Shown: in pieces, positions 38,270 through 51,313 of the stretch | Layout: every line of letters begins with the position of its first letter | Numbering within the stretch: the stretch's first letter is position 1 | Origin: Styela clava | Taxonomy: Eukaryota | Direction of reading: 5' to 3' | Assembly: GCF_964204865.1 (NCBI RefSeq) | Contig: NC_135250.1 | Span: 27,838,001-27,902,000 of the forward strand | DNA length: 64,000 nucleotides | The notes under the pieces: generated by a model | Database searches by the model: none | What the model was told of the DNA's origin: nothing | What the model saw: only the letters and a program-made list of their open reading frames with translations | Program-made: the position numbers and the translations under genes

Positions 38270-41200
38270 TTCCAGGTCCCGAGAATTGCTGAAAATTTGT
38301 CGGTTCGTATTCATACATCAGGTTGTTGCAATTGCTCATCAAGTATCCCAATTGATCTGGATGAGTAGTCGCCCCAGAATGATCGTCTGAAATAGGTATT
38401 TTTTATCCACAGATCGCGGCTAGTATAGCAGGTTGTATTTGTGTATTAATAATATTGTTTTCGTAGATGCTTCGATTATTTTGAAACTTTCGGAAAATTT
38501 GCGTTATGCACATTTGGTTTTCCAATGTTCTTGGGAGTAGAAGCAGTCTTGCGGTTTCGCGGTCTAAATCAAAATTCATATATTTTCTAGTATGTTTACA
38601 TATAGGTTTAATGCCGAATCAAATTTGGAAAATATGTCTTGCGGGTTTACCAAATCAAGGATTGTTCACGATGGGTATATAATAGTGCACGTCCGCTTAT
38701 ACTTGGTCGGTGTAATTTTACGACGTTTCGAATCTCTATGCAAAAACAACTTAACAATTTGATGTCGAATTTCTAAGCAAACAAACTCCAGCCCACTAAG
38801 TCAGCAAATTATATCGTTCTGCTAACACCGATTGTGCTCCAAACCCCCGACACGAATAAAGCGGCAATCGTGCGCCACATGTTTAGTAATTTTAACAATA
38901 CTTCTTAAAGTAGCCCAGATGCGTCCTTATGTGCATTTATTATATCTGTATCCGTATTAAAATCCTCATCTCAGGCAATTACCATACAATTTCATACATT
39001 TGAGACAAATAACTGTTTCAATATCTGAATAGGACCGGTGATGTGACTACGAGGCCGTGCTTAGTCATATAGTCAAAAGCTGGCTTCGTGACTTCTTATT
39101 TTTGAGATATAAATATGAAATTCCTTGTCTCTCTCCTGTCGTATCCATGCCCCAATGAATCCAAGCCAAATAGGCTAAAGTTGTCGTCGAATTAATTACA
39201 ATTGTAAAAGTGGTCAACAATAACTAATTGACACGTTTGGGTTTAGTCATTTTGAATTCGACCATTGATTAGTTCACATAGAACCTGTAAAACTAGTATT
39301 GATGGTCACCTTCCGTTGACATGACCAAACTTTTTCGGAAAATACTTTCGAATCAAAGTCGGCATCGCTCATCTGGAATAATACAAGAAGGCAAAGTTTA
39401 TAGCAATCTTGGATACAACTGTATTATGTTTAGAGCTTATCGTCCTGGTGAAAAAGATTTCACGATCCGGTTATTGAGGGCAAAGTATTTTTAACATGGA
39501 GCGCCTACGAATCGCTCACCAATCTTTGTTGTAAAAAAAAATTGCTGTGATCTGCAACTAGTATACCAATCGGTTTTAAAAATATTCAGCACCCAGTGAG
39601 TGTAAGGCAATGGTGCCAAACCCGCCGGACTGTTTTTTGCGGCCCGCCCAATAAATTTTGTAAGCAGATTTTTTGAATTTTTACTGTGCTATACAGGCGG
39701 AATTATGTTTCGTGATTTTGGTGTGATTATTCCATCTGATGCGCCCTGATGGACATCAAGTTTATTTTTTTTTTATTTCCCGCAGAACTGTGTGTTTTGT
39801 TTGACGAACTCGAAAGATATTGTGTGATCGTTGGCGACGAACGCTGAGCGAAATTATAGTAATGAATTTGGAGCCTATATTGAAGTTTCAAATTATACGA
39901 AACCGCACTCTAAAGTTTGTTGTTCCCGCGACATTGACGCACATTACGCTCATTTTAACATTGAAACAATATCATAGCCACTGAGAATAAATAAATAAAA
40001 AACATCATGGCTCAAATATAAGACTCAATTTTGACGTCTTTGTTTGTTAGTAAAAACTGTGTGCAGATTCTCGCGGGGTCGTCAGATATACACAAGTGCG
40101 TTGTGTAATGATTGATTTTTTGATTCAGCGACCCGCGAGTTTCAAGTCCATCCCCCGTGTTACCAGATATTTGAATAGTAAACTGCTGATATTCGAATGT
40201 TTTGCCAGCACTAATCAGTAACCAGTAAATCATTCTTAACTTGATTGATTTTATGTTACCGTAATAATCTTGCGTCTTATGTATATGTAAATTCTAATGA
40301 AATCAGGTCTTGGCTAGTATTAAAGTTTGGTACACGGCCCGTAATGAATTTCGACATGTGAAAGTGGCCCGTTAAACGAAAATAGTTGGGCAGGCCTGTT
40401 GTGAAGAGTTGCTAGAAGAATATTTTCTGAAATTTTGTTGAGCTCTGTGGTTGGGCCCGAATTTGTTATGCTTTGAATATGAAACCTCCGTGTCATCTGA
40501 GCATTGAATTTTAGTTTTTATAGAATATTATTGTTGATGCAAAAAATATTACAATACACGTACTAAGGTAACTAAGCCATATTTGTAAGTACTGTAATGA
40601 ATAAGTCAATAGTAATGAGGCTGCATCCTTTTATTAAATTTGGATTAGCTGCTGGCGATATTTAGGCAACCGTGCTAAAAACGTTATGAAAGTAGATGAA
40701 TTAAGATTATAATTTGCCCGATGTTTTTTTGCTGACTGGTTTTAAAATCAAGCCTGGGCCTTATTTGATTGACAAGTCAATTCAGAAAGCTTGTACCATC
40801 TTGTTAGTGTGGTTGGCGACTTTTCTTTCTTTCTTTACAATCCCTCTAGGCATGAAATAAAGAAAATGCCCTTCTCATTTGATCTCTATAGAATTTGCGT
40901 TTGAATGTCGCAATAATTTGCACGGTATTTTTCTGGCTGGACGTGAGTGTCTTTCATTATTTTTATTCTGGGAATTGTAATGATGTAAATTCTCTTCTTA
41001 TTTGATATCTAAGCTATTTACATTTGAATAACGAATGTTGCAGTAATGAATGTATTTCCATATTAAAAGGTTACACGGAAAAGAGGCTAAGAATACACAA
41101 AAGAAAAAGAAACATGCACAAGCATTGTGCAAGTCAACGAAATGTTCATATCTATACTTGAAAAATAGTTCTTTTGGAGTGGCTGCATTTGTTGCTTTAG

Positions 41201-42781
41201 CTTCTTATTCGAAAGAAAAATATGCCAAATCTTCGTCTGCAGAATCAGATAGGAATCCTGTGTATATAAACGTCAATCATGAGATACATGTTCTACATTG
41301 TCTGTGTTTAGCTAGCTCCGGCTAGATGAATATATAGATGTGTATATTTATTCACGATATTAACATTTCTAAGTTTATTTTTCTATGCGTTTTCGTTTTG
41401 CATGAGTATTTTCATGAGTACATCGAGATGTGCACTCGTTACTTCGAGTTTTTCAACTCCAGATTACCATGTTCCATTGGCTCAATCTCCTATCTAAAAT
41501 GATTTATATTTGCGGATTAGTCGGCTGAAAGCATTGTTTCAATTTAATTTAAAAGTTAGGCATCTTATTAAATAAATCTGTACCGACCTGGACTCCGACA
41601 TCCAGGATTTCAAAATGAAGCCTCAATGAAGCATAGATAAATGGCGCTCCCGTAGTAAATGTACCAAGATGGCACACAACCCGATAAACCTAACCTGGTA
41701 CACATAGTATGTTCAGGTTGTGTGCCATTTTGGTACACATACTACGGGAGCACCAAGTAAATATTGCCTCAACACACGTATAAAACCAGATAGCAACTGT
41801 AGATTCGGTTTCCCAATTTCTGGTCAATAAGAAAATTAGAATTCCCTTGAGCGCTGTCAATCAACAAATTTAGCGGGTTGTTCTTATCCTTTGCATTCCA
41901 TTTCCTTGGATGGTAATAGGTTTTCTTCATATCCCATTCCACTGAACGGTAATAGGTTGTCGTCACACCCCATTCCATTGGTCTGTAATAGGTTGTTCAG
42001 AAAAACAAAATCGCTATGAAATACAGATATCGTTCATTGTAGAACACATTATGAAGTCTGTGGTGAGCAGTGCCGGATTTACCCTTAGCCTAGGGGCCCG
42101 TCCTCTATATTGTAAAGGCTTCAGAATAAAGCCTGTTTAAAATTTTACAAAACTGCTATTTGTTTATTGTTTTAGCCAGGTTAATATTTCTTGTCCCAAA
42201 TTAGGTTAAAAATGATTAAAACAAAAATACGGTCGAATGAATAAATTTGTTTAATTCAGAGAAACGCTACCTTTTTAATCGTTATTTTAAAATGACATTT
42301 CACCGTAATAATGCCTTTTTTGAAAAGATAAAAAAAATACCTCGACCACAACCAATCTAAAAATTAGTATATTTATTACTATTTCGTATCGGTATAGCAG
42401 CATACACCTGCTTGGGTTCGCATGTTCAAATCCCTTGGACGATAATTATGTGAGAGAGGATTCATGAACTCTTCGCTTCCGCAGGAGGCCATTGCCAACA
42501 AGTACATGCATATGGAACAAATAACTGGCTAATTAATGGGATTAATCTGGGGTTGTTATGACTTCATTGTCGCTTCAAGTACAAAGAGTAATGCATGTTT
42601 TGCAATACAGTTGATCGTTACCAAAATAATTTAGGAAATACATCAATGGAATCGACAAAAATATTAAAACTGTCCTCATTTAAATACTGTCTTCATAACC
42701 CTGATGGGATGTTCACCTACCTATACCATGAAGTTGATGTTTCGATTAGAAGTCCAACAATGCAAATGAATAAGCAGGCAT
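38270..42781 (-). pseudogene. C3: class III pseudogene
   Basis: Colinear with C1. Signal exon 42781-42721 has a 7-nt deletion; the next acceptor is AG>TG; tail exon from 38563 is degenerate. Confidence 0.75.
39608..40398. mobile_element. hAT-like element, duplicate of 16786-17576
   Basis: Near-identical sequence at the same insertion point. Confidence 0.75.
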
Positions 42782-43129
42782 TATGTAGCTTATGATCTAG
42801 TTAACGAAGGAATCCGCAGCTAAATTATCTTCACTTTCATAAGCTAGTCCTACAGTACTAAACAAGGACATGAAAATATACACTAGTTTTACTACTGCTT
42901 TACCTTCATAATTTTCAACATAATCGAATTTTAAATTGGGTACCAAACCCAATCGAATTATTTTTTATATGTTCTGGTTTCATTGTCTAAATTTGGTATT
43001 ATTGCCAGCTCGATCGGCTCAACGGGCCCCTGAAAAATCACAGTCCCACCAAGGTTGTAATATATTCAGTCGCATATGCTTGACAAAACATTCCGGGATT
43101 TTCAAAACATAGCAGATCGCTGCGTACAA

Positions 43130-43960
43130 GCAAGATGGGAAAAACCAATGATAATTTAGGTGTCTTGATGATGGTAAACTATTTTTCACCCAGATATGGA
43201 CGCTGTTTAATCGCTGATTTCGGTGTCTTGTTGATGATAAGTCATTTTCCAATGACATATGGCGCTGTTTTAGCGCGTCTCCGTCCCATTTGCAGGATAT
43301 TTGTAAGCATGTTTACTCTATTTTCAATAGAATATTTTTAGAAGAATATAAATTTGGTGTGGATTTAAAATAATACGAGCAATGCTATCGACATATGCTA
43401 TTGTCGCAATTTAACAAGGGTAGCATGCAGTATATTGAAGGGGAACAACAACAACAACGGTATTTCTAAATCATAACAGCTCGCTGCACCAATAGTAATT
43501 TAGGTGTCTTGATGATGATAAACTATCTTCCACTGACATAAGAGCGCTGGTTAATCGCTTATTCAAAGCAAGGTGGGAAATTTGAAAGCCATTAAGAGGT
43601 CTTGATGATGATAAACCATTTTCCACTGACATATGGGCGCTGGTTGATCGCGCCTTCGTCGTATTTGTACGTAATTTGTAGGCATTTATACTCAATTTTT
43701 ATTAGAATATAGTAATTAATGAATCAAAATTCGGTGTGGATTGAATATGCTATCGTCATAAAAAATTTTCGCTATTTAATAGCAACAAGGATGCAGTTTA
43801 ATAAAGGGGCACAACAACATCGTATTTTTATAGCAGCTCGCTGCGTATTCCAAGCAAGAGGGGAAATACAAATGGTAATTTAGTTGACTTAATGGTGACA
43901 AATCTTTTTCAGCTGATATATGGACGCCTGTTGATCGCGTCATCGTCGTATTTGTAGGCA
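43130..43960. repeat. Minisatellite block in three sub-blocks
   Basis: Same unit as 20690 and 29820, with higher-order duplication of flanking sequence. Confidence 0.75.
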
Positions 43961-44835
43961 TTTTTACTTCATTTTTTATTAGAATATTTTTGATGGAATA
44001 TAATTTGGATGGAATATTCTACGGGCAATGCTTACAACATGTTTTTTTCTCTATTTAACAACAAAAGTGGCATGCAATATAATGAAGGGTTACAACAACA
44101 CATATTCTTCAATAAAATATTATAATCACAAGAGAGCTTCACCCACAAACAGTTCAAATTCGAATATTTGTTAAACAGCCATTTTATGATTAATCATTCA
44201 CTGGAGAATATATGATGAATCCTGCTGTTTATCCACTTTGTGATTATGACATATCTCTGCGTCACAGTTTGCGTTAAAAAGTGATTGTACAAGAATTATT
44301 CTGAAAATTGGAATCATTCCTAGAATAAGTTTCCTTAAAGGTTCATATGGAAACCGATCTTTGAATAAAAAAAAACTCATTTATACGTCACTTACATGCA
44401 AATATAATATACAAATATAAGTACAAACAATAAGCAAATATAAGTACAAATTAAAGCCTAACTATGCATAAAAAATAATTAGGAAAATAATAGTGTTACA
44501 TTCAAAAGTTTTTGAAAATTTAGTTCGAAAAGATTTTGTGAAATATAAAAAACGCGTATACATCGGTTGGGCCAAATATTAAGATGAACGCTCCTCGTTT
44601 TCCGTAGTTGTATTGTTAAATTCAACTATTTTTGAGATAGGATGAATGCTATTGAATGATAAAATACAGTATATGTACGTCACATATATAACACGTGAAA
44701 AGAAAACCTAGATATATGTACAATAGTGTTCGAAGAAAGAAAAAGCAATTGGATAAAAGAAAACAGTGTAACAGATCAAAGTCTTCAGCATTCTGTAAAT
44801 TTATAAAGTTTGCTGTTACGCTAGTAACACTATAT

Positions 44836-45364
44836 ATATATATTAGAAGCACGTTTTGTGTTGTCCGAAGTAATAATCAAATCTGAGTGTTTCGGGATAA
44901 AATAAATGCAAATACGTATTGTGAAGCACGTTGTCTAGCATTTCTTTTTCCGACTCAGCGTTTTTTTAAATTTTTGCGTTTTTGTTGACGACGCTATACA
45001 TAGCTTCAAGATTTTCGTGGTACGTAAAAAGAAAGCCTAGATATATGTACGAAAGAATTCAAAGAAAGGAAAAACAATTGGATTAAAAAAAACAACAGAT
45101 ATATATTAGAAGCACGTTTTGTGTTGTCCGAAGTAATAATCAAATCTGAGTGTTTCGGGATAAAATGAATGCAAATACGTATTGTGAAGCACGTTGTCTA
45201 GCATTTCTTTTTCCGACTCAGCGTTTTTTTAAATTTTTGCGTTTTTGTTGACGACGCTATACATAGCTTCAAGATTTTCGTGGTACGTAAAAAGAAAGCC
45301 TAGATATATGTACGAAAGAATTCAAAGAAAGGAAAAACAATTGGATGAAAAAAAACAACAGATC
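44836..45364. repeat. 263-bp tandem duplication containing a class I tail-end remnant
   Basis: GGTACGTAAAAAGAAAG anchor recurs 263 bp apart (45021 and 45284). Minus strand reads ENLEAMYSVVNKNAKI*KNAESEKEMLDNVLH. Confidence 0.85.
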
Positions 45365-45501
45365 AAAATTTTTAAAAGTCTTCAGCATTCTCTGAATTGA
45401 TAAAATTTGCTGTTACGCCAGTTGCGCAAACTACTAGTAACACGTTATTTGTTGTCCGAAGTAATATTGTCAAATCTGGGTGTTTTGAGATAAAATAATT
45501 G

Positions 45502-48500
45502 CTACATATTATAAAGCACGTTGTCTACCATTTCTTTTTCTGACTTGGTGTTTTTGGAATTTTTCGCGTTTTTGTTGACGACGCTATACATATTTTCAAT
45601 GTTTTTAGAGTTGTTTGATTCTTGGGTCTCGTCGTCCTCTTGCTGCATTTCGCTCGGTTGCTGCACTTCGTTTTTTTGCTGCACTTCGTTCCCTTGTTGC
45701 ACTTCGCTATCCAGCTGCGCTTCCATCTCTTGCTGCGGTTCAGATTCCGGAGATAATTTCGAGGTTGTAGACAATAATTGACGATAGTTTGCCATTTTGC
45801 GATAAAATCTGCAACATAAATGGCAGAGATAACGAAGAGCTTAAAGACGCACGAACGAGTGGTACTACTATTTATACTAACGTTGATATCAATATTTTGC
45901 TTCAAAGTGGTTCAAAAGTCGTGTATACTTCACACACTTGAAATTTATCTTGTATGATTGGTATGAACTGAGCTATACTTCCTACAATTTATAAATGGTT
46001 ATTTAACAAGTTATTACAATTTTTCAAACGAATTTAGCGCCATTTGTAAAAAATTGAGGCTGGACCATACATAATTGAAAACAAAAAATCGAAGGATGGC
46101 GCTATAATTTTTTATGCAAATTACCTCAATGTTAGGATGATTATGATGAGTACTCCTAAACAAAGCAAGACTGCCAGAACAATAATCAAAGTTGGATTAT
46201 CTTTTGTTTTACAATTTTCACCATCTCCTGCATCCGTAGACAGTAGGATTAAGGTTATGTCATTTTGTGTATTGTTTATCGAATAACCAGGTTGAGTTGC
46301 AATCCGCCCATTTTCTGAATATGTTGTATGATAGTTAGATGTGGTGGGAACACTATTCCTTGCTGTAGTTTGTTGATGTTCTACAAATAAGTACAGTCCA
46401 GTTTTTATTGCTGGTAACTCTTTTTAAATTCAAGTATGTGCATATATCAAAAATCGCGTCACAATTAAAGATTTTTATAAGAAATTATGGTATCAAATAT
46501 TTGAAAATTCTCTTTTAAAAAGCGCGTTTGTTTCGTTTTCAATTAACTAAAATTACATTCTCTAATGTTAAACAGATCATTGACTAGATGAGTATGGCAA
46601 TGTACTGTATATTTAAAAAATGTATATACTTTACTATTCTACAGAATTGGCACATTATAATATTGTTGAAGCTCAGCAAGCATACATATTACTTTTTTTA
46701 GTAATATATGCTTACACTTTTTGCAGTTATATTATTTTCTACTTCAGATTACTGCAGAATACAATACGAAGAACTTAAGTTGAAAGAGACTAATTTAATT
46801 CGCTCATACTTAACTTGTTGCTTTTACCTGTGTTGTTTAATATCCGGTATATTAACAGGATTTTGAATTCTTGAAGTTCATGAGAGTAACCATTCCCTGT
46901 CTTATATGTCAAAATAATTGAAAAAATATTGTCTCCAATAATATGATGGTGCATCCCCCCACATCCGTCAGTAATAGCTTCCTCAGATACAGTTTTTGAG
47001 GCGAAAATAAAACAGTCGTTGAGTTTGGAATCACACAGTTCTGTATCCACTAATCCATCTGAAACATAGTGATTAGTTGGTGCCTTTACATGATAATACC
47101 TCCTATAATTTACCATATACGGTACTAATATGAGTATCGGGTCCTGATTTTACATATTAAATCCGATATATTGGTTACCTATACGTACAAATCTCGACTG
47201 AAAAACAGCATATCCCAAATATTTTTCGTTTTAAAAAAATATATAATGTGAAACATTTTATTACAGTTTATATGGTGAATGGCGGGAACATTATCGCTTG
47301 TAATTTTAAGGATAAATTGTTTATTGTTGTGAAGTTGGGAATACATATCTGATCACAACACAACTGTAATTCCCAATTAACGCAACAGAAGATGATAAAT
47401 ACAACTATTTAAAACTAGATGAGTAGTGCATTTATGTAACGTATATAACACATAAACATGTTTCGAGAGAAATAACCACATGATGAAATAAAATTACTGG
47501 GACACAGGTTAATCGAAACAAGCCTTGAAGACGATACAAAACTATATTTTTATAATAAATAAAAGTTGTTTGATTGTTACAAATAAACACGAAAAATGTT
47601 TTCATATTGATTACCAGTAATTTTCAGAGATCCAATGCACTGACTGTTTTGAGTGAGATTATTTTTTGTAATTTTAACTAACAAGACGCTGTTAACAGAT
47701 ATGCAACTATCGGCTTTTAATTCCCAAATACTTTGAGTATACCCTTTTCTTCTGAAAAATACAATTTAAAAAAGGACTATTTAAACTATATTTTCATGTT
47801 CATATACGGCTGGATGATCATGAAATTTCATTTCATAATTTTTAATAGTTTACCAAAATAAAATGTTTCCATATTTTTCATCATTCTGTTAATTATTATT
47901 CATGTTAAAATGATTTTTTATTGGAGAGGATGCTTTAATTGTATCATTTTTTATCAGAATTTAATAAAATAAAAATAGACAAATGTTTACTTTACAGTTG
48001 CTCCTGATATAGGGGTAGAACATAAATCAACATTAATCTGGTCCTGACCAATAGATTGGTGAAGTATTGCTGCCACTATGGGTGAACAAGAAAGAATATT
48101 AGTTTTGAATATTTTTCCTCAGAACCGACAAGTCATAAATCCGCTCTGGGGGTTTGAGTTTCAAATACACGTCATATTATTGAAGATGACTTCTTTAAGT
48201 ATACGAACAGTTATATGCAGTGCAAATGTCAACTATCTCACTTAGTACTAATTAGTTATATATTTGGTAAAAAAGTCAAGTTATAAAACGTTGAAGTTCC
48301 GATTTTCTCAAAACCTCGATGAAATTCTCGAATTCATATCACTCACTCTAAAAAGTTTCGGAATTATTCAAATTTGAATGAGGCAATTTAACTCAAAAAA
48401 TTCATTGAATGTAAGTAGTGAAGTAAACATCACCTATCCACTTACATTATTGAGAGTCACTAATAAAAAATGTTATGATCAAATTACTCACCTATAAGTA

Positions 48501-48525
48501 ACAATACCCGCGCAAAGAAATGCAT
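45502..48525 (-). CDS. Gene G: class I receptor, ~359 aa, apparently intact
   Basis: Exons 48525-48492, 48075-47991, 47751-47615, 47143-47114, 47058-46828, 46380-46125, 45808-45502; 1080 nt open. TM LIIVLAVLLCLGVLIIIILTL; tail NYRQL...NMYSVVNK...MVDNVLYNM*. Confidence 0.85.
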
Positions 48526-50917
48526 GTTTTTCAAATATGTCTGCTGAGGTCTCTTCCAAATGCACCGAATAAATTTATTTGGGTATCCCAAAGGTACAAA
48601 TTTGAAAACGTAAAGGTCGGCCAAAGCAACAGTTTCGACGCATGCATTCGACTGTGTTCCTACGTACCTACTCATTCATTACTTTTATTAAGCAATTGAT
48701 ATTACTTTCCAAATGCAGATGCGTAATGGTAAAGTACGCTCTATGTTCATTAGTAATGCGCGGGATCACTTCCTCGTGTACAGACGATCACCTGCAACAG
48801 TTTACCAAGGTTCGTTATTTGAAATCATGATCTGACTAATGTAATGCAATGATTGAGATTGAACCTTCCGAACAAAATTTTGAATCGGAAATATTGCTCA
48901 TTTAGTTCCTGATCACTTTTGATGTTTTTAATTTACTCAGATTACTCTCCACGCGTTAGGTATTTTTGAAGTGAATTCGCCAAATTATGATCAATACTAT
49001 ATATATAATGAAACAAGAGAGCGTTAGTCAAATATATGAACACGAAATGGTACGGGTATGCAATTTGTCACAACAGCCGTACCGGCACTGTACCGCAGCT
49101 GAGCACCATATTTTAACTTACGCAAAAGTGGAACCATCACAACGAGCTCAATTTTCAATTTTGATGACGTCATTGCACACAAAAAACGAATCTCATACCA
49201 CACATATTTTCCCAAATATGTGGAAACAAAGGTCGGGCATCGGTACCGGTAGGGTAAGTCTAAAGATTAGCAGCACATTGACTGAAAGATCGTCGGACAA
49301 GCGTGGCGGAATAAAGTCTCACGAGAACAACTATCTGTGCGTGTGATGTTTGGGCATATTCGCTTGGTATATTAACCTCAATAAACGAGTATAGAGGTCC
49401 AATAACTAACTGCGGTACACATGCAAACTAAACTAAAATTAAATATATATCTGATCATTCATAAACATCAAATCGCGATAAGCATCGTTACAGGTCATGT
49501 CTTAGCTGATCAGTGATCATCAACTGTATTAAATCCACGGGATAGCGCAATATTTGTGATATCAAAAAAACATTGGATGAAATGTAGAACCCCACAGGAC
49601 TCAAAGATATTTTTTGAATCATATAAGTAATCCGTTCCTGGAAACTATTACCAGTTCCTTGTCACCAAGATTTGAAATCGATTGGTTCATCAGTTTTGTT
49701 CACAACAATTTCAGGTGCAAATATTTCATTCAATTTATTTCAGTCTTGTTGAAGCATTTTGATTTGGGTGTGTATCGGCCGACGCAATTTTTTGATGTGA
49801 CTCGCTAACGTTTTTGTCGCGTTTTGAAGATTTGGATATTTGATAATTATTTTTTTTGATTTATTTGATATTCAAGCAAAAGTATATCGGAGTTTTTTGT
49901 ATTGAATTATTCTTCAATCCTATACGATGTTACATTTCCAACCGCAGATTTTCCAATTCCATGAAAAATGTGTTGGTCAACTTGTGTTTGCTTGATTACA
50001 ATATAACCAGGGGATTAGAGGTCCAGGACCAAATGCCGAAGTAAAATTCGTGAGCAAACGATCTTTTCCTGATGTGATCTTGTTCCAACATTGGAAGCCT
50101 AATCAATCAAGTTTTGTCATTATGTTCTGAGCAACAAGCACCTCAATTGCCTCTTCAAAGTGATCAGAAACCGAAACCACGTAAACAAAATACTTTAACG
50201 AAAATTGAGAAGTCACGCGAGAATAATAAATGAACTATTACATACTGTTTGCTGTACTCTTGTATTTCTTATCATCATTTCTAATGATACAATTTATTCC
50301 TTAATGAATTATGTCCATGCTTTCTAATAATTGTTTGTAATAAAGTTGCTTTTTGAGTTTCTATAAATCACAATTCAGATCCGGGAATGAAAGAACGATG
50401 TGCCGCACTATTATTTCAGATTAAAAATAAATATCGGTTTTCAACTAGAAGGTCGTTCCACATTTGTAATTGAGCCAGCATTTGATATGCAAACCCACAA
50501 TATTCCAGATCGCCAATACATTTTATCAATATTTTTTATTATGCAGTGGGATAATCGTTGCAGACCAGCATTTATTATGCGATTAAAAATATTCTTTATC
50601 TGAACGTTAAGGTTTGAGATTACAATTAGGAATACAAGTTTTAATTCATTTTTTCGATATCTATTTCATATAGATGAATTTATTTGAAGAAAAAAAAAAT
50701 TTAAATCCAATCCAAAATGTATATAGCAATTTACTTAAAAAATTTTTTAAGCATAAATTCGTTTTTTCTACATGTATATCAAATATATATTGATAACCCA
50801 CTATATTTTCCCAAAATTTCTCTATGTCTACAGTCTATACATTTACGGGTTTTAACTTAATACACGAAAGAGTACATGAAACATCAAAATAGTCTCTAAA
50901 ATACGAATTGAGAAAAA

Positions 50918-51150
50918 GGGTACTCCCGTAGTATGTGCAACACGATGGCGGACACCGGGACGTAGTGTGTATCAGGTTAGGGTTAGGCCCTAATTTCAAG
51001 TACAAATACTACGGGAGTCACTTGGCTAGTCCACAAACTCATAATAGAACTAAAAGAAGGAAAATTGAAATAAAATTATGACCTAACCCTAACCTGGTAC
51101 ACATACTATGTTCAGGTGTCCGCCATCTTGTTGCACATACTACAAGAGAA
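50918..51150. mobile_element. Copy of the 8012 fold-back MITE
   Basis: Same TIRs and equivalent position downstream of class II gene H. Confidence 0.8.
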
Positions 51151-51313
51151 ACAAAAAAGGAGTTTTAACTCAGTTTGCTAAAGTTATTTGTTAAATATAT
51201 GTATGATCATTTTGTATGTTTATATATACTCTATTATAGCAAGATCTTCTCACATATTCAGGAGTGACTATACTCCACCCTGTCTAATCTCAAGCAGTCT
51301 CAAACAGGTGAAG

